Position numbers and translations under genes: made by a program. Of a stretch of DNA of 64,000 bases, positions 58,375 to 64,000 are shown piece by piece. Positions within the stretch are counted from its first letter, which is position 1. Every line of letters starts with the position of its first letter. The notes under the pieces are model-generated. The model was not told the DNA's origin, did not search any database, and was given only the letters and a program-made list of their open reading frames with translations. Origin of the DNA: Kiritimatiellia bacterium (lineage in GTDB: Bacteria > Verrucomicrobiota > Kiritimatiellia > RFP12 > JBMNHG01); assembly GCA_050950285.1 (NCBI GenBank), contig JBMNHG010000004.1, positions 1-64,000 of the forward strand, written 5' to 3'.

Positions 58375-61094
58375 CGGGAGGGTTCTTTCGTGGAAAGGAT
58401 GGAGAGGTATCCGTTGGAGCGGAGGCGTTCGAGGCGCGCGCGCGCCTCGATTTTGCCGGGCAGCGCCGCTTCGCCCGGGGTTTCGCCGGACTTGGCCATG
58501 CGATCCAGGATTTTTTCGGCGGCGGTCTGGTTGTGCTGGGCCATGAGCAGGTCGACGGATTGGAAGGCGGCTTTCACGAACCAGCCCTGGGCGGCCTCGT
58601 CGTGATAGATGCCGCGGCGGAAGTCGTCCGCGAAGGGCCAGAAGACCTTTTCGGCGTACTGCTTGATGGCGAGGTCGATCTGTTGCGACTTTTCGAGGCA
58701 TCGGCCGATTTTGAACTCGGCCTGGAGGCGGAAGGCCACGTTGATGCCGGGCGAGCGCAGGGCTTGGCGGTAGGCGGCCGCGGCGTCGTCGAAGCGGGCG
58801 GGATCGGCGGCGCCGAGCGCGAAGAGGCAATCGCCTTTTCGTCCGAGCGCCGCGGCCGCCCAGTCGCCGTCCGGGAAGCGTTCGACGATCTCGTCGAGGA
58901 GGAGGATGGCATCCTCGAGGCGTCCCAGTTCGGCCAGGGCGTCCGCCTGGAGGAAGCGCGCTTCCTCCAGATGGGCGCTTTCGGGGAAGGTTTCGGGGAG
59001 GGTGGAGAGGATTTCCGCAGCCTTGGCGTAGTCGGCGGCGCGAAGGGCCGAACGTCCTGCCCAGACGAGGGCGACGTCCGCCCAAGGGCTTTCGGGCCAG
59101 AGTCTCGCCATGCGCAGGAAGGTTTCGGTGGCGGGTCCGTATTCGGCGCGGTTGTAGTGGAATTTCGCAAGCCAGAGCGTCGTGTTTGCCTGGAGCAGGG
59201 CGTCGTTTGCGGAGGATGTGGCGGGTTCCCCGGCGCGACCGGGCTGCGCGCCGCCTGCGTTTTCGGCGGCAGGAGGGAGGGGGGCGTCCGACGCGGGGGG
59301 CGGGGACGTGGCGGCGACGGTGTCGGCCGTGTTGGTGGTGCCCAGGAACGCATGGCAGGCCTTCAGGGCTTTTTCGTCCTGTCCCTGGCCGTAGTAGGCG
59401 CGGACGAGCAGGAATTCGGCCTCGCGGCGGGAGTCGGCGAAGGTGCGGGCCTTCTGGAGGTCTTCGGCCGCCTTGGCGAATTGGAAGAGAGCGCAATATG
59501 CGCGCCCGCGGCCGAGCAGGATGCGTCCGCAACGGGCGTCGTCTTCCTCCTCGCATTGTTCCAGCGCGAGGGAATAGGCGAGGACGGCGTCGGTGTTATC
59601 CTGCCGCCCTTCGCGCAGCACGCCCACGCGGAAGAGCGCGTCGGCGGCCAGCGGTGAATTGGTGAGGGCGAGATAGTGGGTCTCGGCCTCGGCGGCGCGC
59701 CCGGCGCGCTCGAGGGATTCGGCGGCGTAGAGCCGTGCTCGGGGGGCGTTGGTGGATGCGGGGAAGGACTTGGCGAAATCGGAATAGGCGTTTGCGGCGT
59801 CCACATACTGTGCGGCCTGGAAAAGGGCGTTCGCCATGAAAAAGAGGCAGTCGGATTTCCAGGCTTCATTTTCATCCGCCTCCCCTGCAAGGTGGAAGGC
59901 GGTGGCGGCAGCGGCGTACGCCTTGGAATGGAAGAAGGCCCAGGCGCGCCCCAGCCGCGCCTTCGGCTCCAGCGGCGTGCCGTGGAAGCTGTCCAGGAAC
60001 ACGTCGTATTCGCGCAAGGCCGCGGGGAAATCGCCGAGTCGGGAGTAGGCCGTCGCAAGGGCGAGTTGGGCTTGTGCGGATTCGGGCTCGCGGGAATGGG
60101 CGGGCAGCACGTGGCTCAGCAGCGCCGTGCCTTGGTGGATGGTGTCGGGGTGCTTCGAGAGGGCCATCCCGCATCGAAGGGCGACACGCCATGCTTTCGG
60201 GTCGTTTCCGACGATCGAGACGGCGTTTGAAACCAGGGCAACGCCTTCCTCGACGCCGTTGGTGGGGGTGATGGACAGATTCGCCAATTCCGCCAGCGCC
60301 ATGGCGCGCTGGTAGGGATGGGATTCCGCCCACGACGCCGTCGCGAGCTGTCGGAGCAACGCTTTTGCCTTGGGAGTCTCGGGCGTGGCGTTTTCGACGA
60401 GAAGACGCGCGCGGAGGAGGATGCCTTCCGCCAGTGCGGCGTTGGTGACGCCACATTCCGCCTGGCGTTCCAGATGTTCCAGGGCCGTTGCGGAATCCCC
60501 TTCGGAGGCGAGCGCCTCCGCCCAGGCGAGCAGGTTGCTGGAACGTACGCCGGGCGAGGTGGATTCCGCGTCGATCCGGCGGAAGAGCGCCTTTGCGCCG
60601 TCCGGATCGCCCGCGGCGAGGAGAAGACGCGAACGGAGCTGGAGCAGGGTGTCGGGCATCTGCCCCGGCGGCATCGTCTTTTCGGCGTCCGCGAGGCACT
60701 CCAAGGCATCGGAGCAGCGCCCTTGGGCATGGAGGGCCGTGGCCCGCCAAAAGGCTTCGCCCTGGGAAGGGGGGAGCGTTGCGGCGAGTTTCGGATGCCG
60801 GTCCAGTGCATCGAGCAACTCGGCGGGTTGGCCGGCACGGTGGAAGGCATGGCACAGGCGGAGGAAGGCGGCTTCCTTTTCGGCAGGTTTGGCGGTGGCT
60901 GAACGGATCACGTCCAGGCAGTTGGTCGCGGCCTGGATGTGAAGCCCGTCCGCCAGCGCGGTGTCGGCATTGCGGAGGAGGTCGATGGGTGCGGAGTGCG
61001 CATCCGCCGCCGGCACGGCGGGAAGGAGCGCGAGTCCCGCCATCCATGCGGCGAGCGCCCAGCGAAAAGGTCGGGTGGAGGAGTGCGGAACCAT
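58371..61094 (-). CDS. Large secreted tetratricopeptide-repeat protein (BamD/CpoB-like repeats)
   Basis: Signal peptide from MVPHSSTRPFRWALAAW. Many TPR units with FP.S/G turns (FHGTPL, FPASTN, WPESPW, FPESAH, FPDGDW). ATGA overlap with exbB. Confidence 0.8.
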   Translation of the reverse strand: MVPHSSTRPFRWALAAWMAGLALLPAVPAADAHSAPIDLLRNADTALADGLHIQAATNCLDVIRSATAKPAEKEAAFLRLCHAFHRAGQPAELLDALDRHPKLAATLPPSQGEAFWRATALHAQGRCSDALECLADAEKTMPPGQMPDTLLQLRSRLLLAAGDPDGAKALFRRIDAESTSPGVRSSNLLAWAEALASEGDSATALEHLERQAECGVTNAALAEGILLRARLLVENATPETPKAKALLRQLATASWAESHPYQRAMALAELANLSITPTNGVEEGVALVSNAVSIVGNDPKAWRVALRCGMALSKHPDTIHQGTALLSHVLPAHSREPESAQAQLALATAYSRLGDFPAALREYDVFLDSFHGTPLEPKARLGRAWAFFHSKAYAAAATAFHLAGEADENEAWKSDCLFFMANALFQAAQYVDAANAYSDFAKSFPASTNAPRARLYAAESLERAGRAAEAETHYLALTNSPLAADALFRVGVLREGRQDNTDAVLAYSLALEQCEEEDDARCGRILLGRGRAYCALFQFAKAAEDLQKARTFADSRREAEFLLVRAYYGQGQDEKALKACHAFLGTTNTADTVAATSPPPASDAPLPPAAENAGGAQPGRAGEPATSSANDALLQANTTLWLAKFHYNRAEYGPATETFLRMARLWPESPWADVALVWAGRSALRAADYAKAAEILSTLPETFPESAHLEEARFLQADALAELGRLEDAILLLDEIVERFPDGDWAAAALGRKGDCLFALGAADPARFDDAAAAYRQALRSPGINVAFRLQAEFKIGRCLEKSQQIDLAIKQYAEKVFWPFADDFRRGIYHDEAAQGWFVKAAFQSVDLLMAQHNQTAAEKILDRMAKSGETPGEAALPGKIEARARLERLRSNGYLSILSTKEPSR

Positions 61095-61104
61095 GGCGCG
61101 GTCG

Positions 61105-61404
61105 TTATCGGGAAACGAAGCCTTCGCGAAGAATGAGAACGCCCATGAGGATGAAGAGCCCGCCGGCGCAAAGTTTGATGCAGCGCTCGGGGACATAGCG
61201 GTTCAACATGCCTCCCAGCAAGACGCCGATCGCCGTGGAGAGGGTGAGGGCGAAGGCGCCCGCCAGGAAGACCGTCCAGAGGCAGGCCGTGCGGGAGGCG
61301 GGATCCGCCGCCGCCGCGCGGCACAGGACGGTGAGCTGCGTCTTGTCGCCCAATTCGGCGAGAAATACCACAAGGAAGGTGGAAAAGAAGAGTTTGAAAT
61401 CCAT
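61105..61404 (-). CDS. TMEM165/GDT1 (UPF0016) family Mn2+/Ca2+ transporter, single-repeat form
   Basis: FLAELGDKTQL motif, 3 TM helices, 99 aa. Confidence 0.88.
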   Translation of the reverse strand: MDFKLFFSTFLVVFLAELGDKTQLTVLCRAAAADPASRTACLWTVFLAGAFALTLSTAIGVLLGGMLNRYVPERCIKLCAGGLFILMGVLILREGFVSR

Positions 61405-61433
61405 GGCGGAAGCTCGTGTAAACCCATCGGGTG

Positions 61434-61467
61434 AAGAAAAAGGGCCGCGCCGGCGAAGGCACGGCCC
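61434..61467 (-). terminator. Intrinsic terminator after the NYN gene
   Basis: GGGCCGTGCC-TTCGCC-GGCGCGGCCC followed by TTTTTCTT on the minus strand. Confidence 0.65.
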
Positions 61468-61481
61468 CTGAAGGGTCTGGA

Positions 61482-62315
61482 TCAGGGGCGTTCGGGGTGC
61501 TGCGCGCCTCCTTGGGGGTTGTCCCGGTATTCACGGCGGCACTTGGAGCAGTAGAAGAAGGCCTTGTCCCAGGTGGTCTCTTCCTCGGCGCCGCAGTTGT
61601 CGCACTTGCGGACCGTCTTGTGACGGGAGTTCCGGCACTCGGAACAGAAGAATTCGGGACCGGCCCACGTCGTCATCTTCTCGTTGCCGCACTGCTTGCA
61701 GACGCGCATCTTTTCCTCGCGGACAAGGCGGACGTCCTTGGCGTGCTCGTCCAGGAAGATCGGCGGGTAGTCCATGATGCCGGGGGAGGTGAGCAGCATG
61801 GTGCTGGTGACGCTCTTCCCGCCAAGGTTGTTGATCGTCACAAGCTGCACGCGTTTGCCCATCTGGCGGACGGTGCGGAGAAGGGGGATGTAGTCCCCGT
61901 CGCCGGCCACGAGCACGGCGAGATCGAAGGTGCCCGGGATGGACGCATAGCGCGCCATCGTGGCGGCCAGCCCCACGTTGACCCACTTGTCTTCGGCGTG
62001 CGAGGCGGATTCACGGCGGAAGTCGAGCTCGAAGATGTCGGTGTCGTAGCCGCACTGCATGGCGAGGAAATCGTAGAAGGTGCGTTGCTTGACGGGGTTG
62101 AAGCCCGATTTGTTCACGGGGATCGTGCCGAAGTAGCAGGTTCGCACGACGTCGATATCATCGTCGATCTGCTCGCTGATGGCATGGGCGATGAGGCCCG
62201 GGATTCCCGCGTAGTCTATTTCGAAGCCGGCTTCCTCGTTCAGCACGTCGAACAGCACCTGGCGACCGCGATACAACCAGCTTCCGTCGATGAAAATCAT
62301 CGCTTTGAGTGACAT
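61482..62315 (-). CDS. NYN (LabA/DUF88, PIN-like) domain protein with two C-terminal C4 zinc ribbons
   Basis: IFIDGSWL, EDKWVNVGLA, LVAGDGDYIPLL..VRQMGKRV; CKQC-x14-CSEC and CDNC-x14-CSKC. AGGAG RBS. Confidence 0.85.
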   Translation of the reverse strand: MSLKAMIFIDGSWLYRGRQVLFDVLNEEAGFEIDYAGIPGLIAHAISEQIDDDIDVVRTCYFGTIPVNKSGFNPVKQRTFYDFLAMQCGYDTDIFELDFRRESASHAEDKWVNVGLAATMARYASIPGTFDLAVLVAGDGDYIPLLRTVRQMGKRVQLVTINNLGGKSVTSTMLLTSPGIMDYPPIFLDEHAKDVRLVREEKMRVCKQCGNEKMTTWAGPEFFCSECRNSRHKTVRKCDNCGAEEETTWDKAFFYCSKCRREYRDNPQGGAQHPERP

Positions 62316-62412
62316 GGTTTTTGCTCCTGGAATCGTTTCGATCACGCACGGGCGAAGTCGAAGCCGAAACTGCGGTTTCGCACGTGCGGCATGTATTGTT
62401 TGGACGGGGACC

Positions 62413-62441
62413 AGCGTATCATCCGGTCTGGATCGGCGCAA
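62413..62441 (-). promoter_or_regulatory. Sigma70-like promoter for the NYN gene
   Basis: TTGCGC-17 bp-TACGCT with a TG extension. Confidence 0.4.
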
Positions 62442-62556
62442 CCGCTTTTTCCGGGCCGGGGGATGCCGGACCGGGGACCAGGCGGGTTCGGAGCCCGCTC
62501 CGTGAGGCCGAAGAAAAGAGCCGCCGCACTCGCGGGAGTCCGGAAGGCGCGTGCCG

Positions 62557-62976
62557 CTACTCGTCGGGGGAAACCGGTTTGCGGGCGGCCTTTTTTGCGG
62601 AGTGGAGGCGCTTTCCGGCGAGGGTGATCGCACGCTGGCGCCGCGATTTCCGCCTTTTCCGGCGGCGCTCCTTCTCGATTTCCTGAATCTTCGCGGATTC
62701 GCGGGATTTCATCTTTTCGAGAAGCTTCTCCGCGAGGCGGTCCCGGGCGAGCCAGCGGTTGTCTTCGCGCGAGCGCGTCCGCTGGCAGCGCGTGGACACC
62801 CCCGTCGGCACATGCAGGAGGGCCACGCAGGAGGAGGTCTTGTTGATCTTCTGCCCCCCGCTTCCGGAACCCGTGATGAAACTCTCCCGGAGGTCTTCCT
62901 CCCGGATTCCCGCCTTGACCATCTTGGTCTGGATACGGGCGATCGTGCTGGCGCGGACCGTCTGGCCATCGCTCAT
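62557..62976 (-). CDS. Short peptide-chain-release-factor-like peptidyl-tRNA hydrolase (ArfB/C12orf65-like)
   Basis: ESFITGSGSGGQKINKT (GGQ), HVPTG...CQRTRSREDNR, basic C-terminal tail. Confidence 0.85.
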   Translation of the reverse strand: MSDGQTVRASTIARIQTKMVKAGIREEDLRESFITGSGSGGQKINKTSSCVALLHVPTGVSTRCQRTRSREDNRWLARDRLAEKLLEKMKSRESAKIQEIEKERRRKRRKSRRQRAITLAGKRLHSAKKAARKPVSPDE

Positions 62977-63004
62977 GGCGCTCTCCTGGGTTGGGGGTTT
63001 GTTC

Positions 63005-64000
63005 CTAGATCCGGACGATGTCGGCGCCCAATGCGCGGAGTTCCTCCTCCACGCGCGCATGGCCGCGGTCGACGACCTCCGCATTGCGGATCACGCTTTC
63101 GCCCTTGGCGCAAAGGGCGGCGATCAGCAACGCCATCCCGGCGCGGATGTCGGGGCTCGCCACGGTCGTCCCGGCAAGGTCGCACGGCCCGGAGACGACC
63201 ACGCGATGCGGGTCGCACTGGACGATGTGCGCGCCCATGGCGATGAGCCTGTCGACGAAGTACAGGCGGCTTTCGAACATCTTCTCGAAGAAGAGCATGG
63301 TGCCTCGCGTGCGCGTGGCGAGCACCACGAGCGCGCTCATCAAGTCCGACGGGAAGGCCGGCCAGGGGCCGTCCTCGAATTTGGGGATGGCGTCGCCGAA
63401 GTCGTTGGTCGCGCGAAGCCGTTGCCCGGCCGGAAGGCAAAGCGCGCCGTCCTGCCAATGCCAGCGGGCGCCGAGCCGACGGAACGGGCGCCCCACGATT
63501 TCCCAGTCGATTCCGTCTTCGATGCCCTCCACGCGCAGGTCGCCGCCGGTGGCGAGGGCGGCCGCCACGAAGCTCCCCGCGTCGATCAGGTCGGGGCCGA
63601 CGCGGTGGGTCACCCCGCGCAACGCCTCGACGCCCTCGATGGAGAGGAAGTTGGTGCCGATTCCGTCGATGCGCGCACCCATGGCGTTGAGCATGCGGCA
63701 GAGATCCTGCACGTGGGGTTCGCATGCGGCGTTGTAGAGGGTGGTCTTTCCCTGCGCGAGCGTCGCGGCCATCACCAGGTTCTCGGTTCCGGTCACGCTG
63801 GCTTCGTCCAGCAGCAGCGACGCCCCCTGGAGACGCTTCGCGCGGAAGGTGTAGGTGGCGCCGCCTCGGACGGTGGCCCCCAGCGCGCGAAAGCCGTCGA
63901 TGTGCGTGTCCAGGCGGCGGCGTCCGATGCTGTCCCCGCCGGGCGGGAAGATCGAGGCCGCGCCGAAGCGCGCGAGAAGCGGGCCCGCGAAGAGGATGGA
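63005..64000 (-). CDS. murA: UDP-N-acetylglucosamine 1-carboxyvinyltransferase (5' part lies outside the window)
   Basis: GPLLARFG, PGGDSIGRRRLDTH, SVTGTENLVMAA, AACEPHV, PWPAFPSDL, FESR, DIRAG, DRG. Confidence 0.95.
   Translation of the reverse strand, partial: SILFAGPLLARFGAASIFPPGGDSIGRRRLDTHIDGFRALGATVRGGATYTFRAKRLQGASLLLDEASVTGTENLVMAATLAQGKTTLYNAACEPHVQDLCRMLNAMGARIDGIGTNFLSIEGVEALRGVTHRVGPDLIDAGSFVAAALATGGDLRVEGIEDGIDWEIVGRPFRRLGARWHWQDGALCLPAGQRLRATNDFGDAIPKFEDGPWPAFPSDLMSALVVLATRTRGTMLFFEKMFESRLYFVDRLIAMGAHIVQCDPHRVVVSGPCDLAGTTVASPDIRAGMALLIAALCAKGESVIRNAEVVDRGHARVEEELRALGADIVRI

Overview
High-GC bacterial chromosome window, by eye about 68-70% GC outside one island. It most likely comes from the PVC superphylum (Kiritimatiellia/Lentisphaerae-like); this is an inference from the MurC-MurB fusion, the large beta-helix secreted proteins and a GLIFLLR C-terminus. 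Left part, minus strand: rbsC-like permease, polA, murC-murB fusion, ddl, ftsQ, ftsA, a divergent ftsZ, pyrE, an orphan glycyl-radical enzyme and a frameshifted GH71/GH99-like glycosidase. Next is a low-GC surface-polysaccharide island (about 15.5-22.9 kb), then nrdR and purC. A compact unusual operon follows: fabG, a ketosynthase fused to a CLF-like domain, ThDP E1alpha, E1beta and a secreted protein. Then potABCD divergent from arcC-carB, a divergent xylose-isomerase-like gene, an NDT-like gene, an FAD oxidoreductase, two very large divergently transcribed secreted proteins, ruvA, dut, araA and a REP/MITE-like palindromic element. The right end is a minus-strand run: murA with Cys-to-Asp, a GGQ release-factor-like gene, NYN with zinc ribbons, UPF0016, TPR, exbB, exbD, TonB-like, SWIM and btuF-like. 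I saw no rRNA, tRNA, CRISPR array, integrase or transposase. The best candidate for an undescribed system is the fabG/KS-CLF/E1alpha-beta operon. Other leads are the orphan glycyl-radical enzyme, the FtsZ with altered GTP motifs and the putative C-terminal sorting motif. Three apparent single-base-insertion frameshifts suggest assembly errors. All calls come from motif recognition without database searches.
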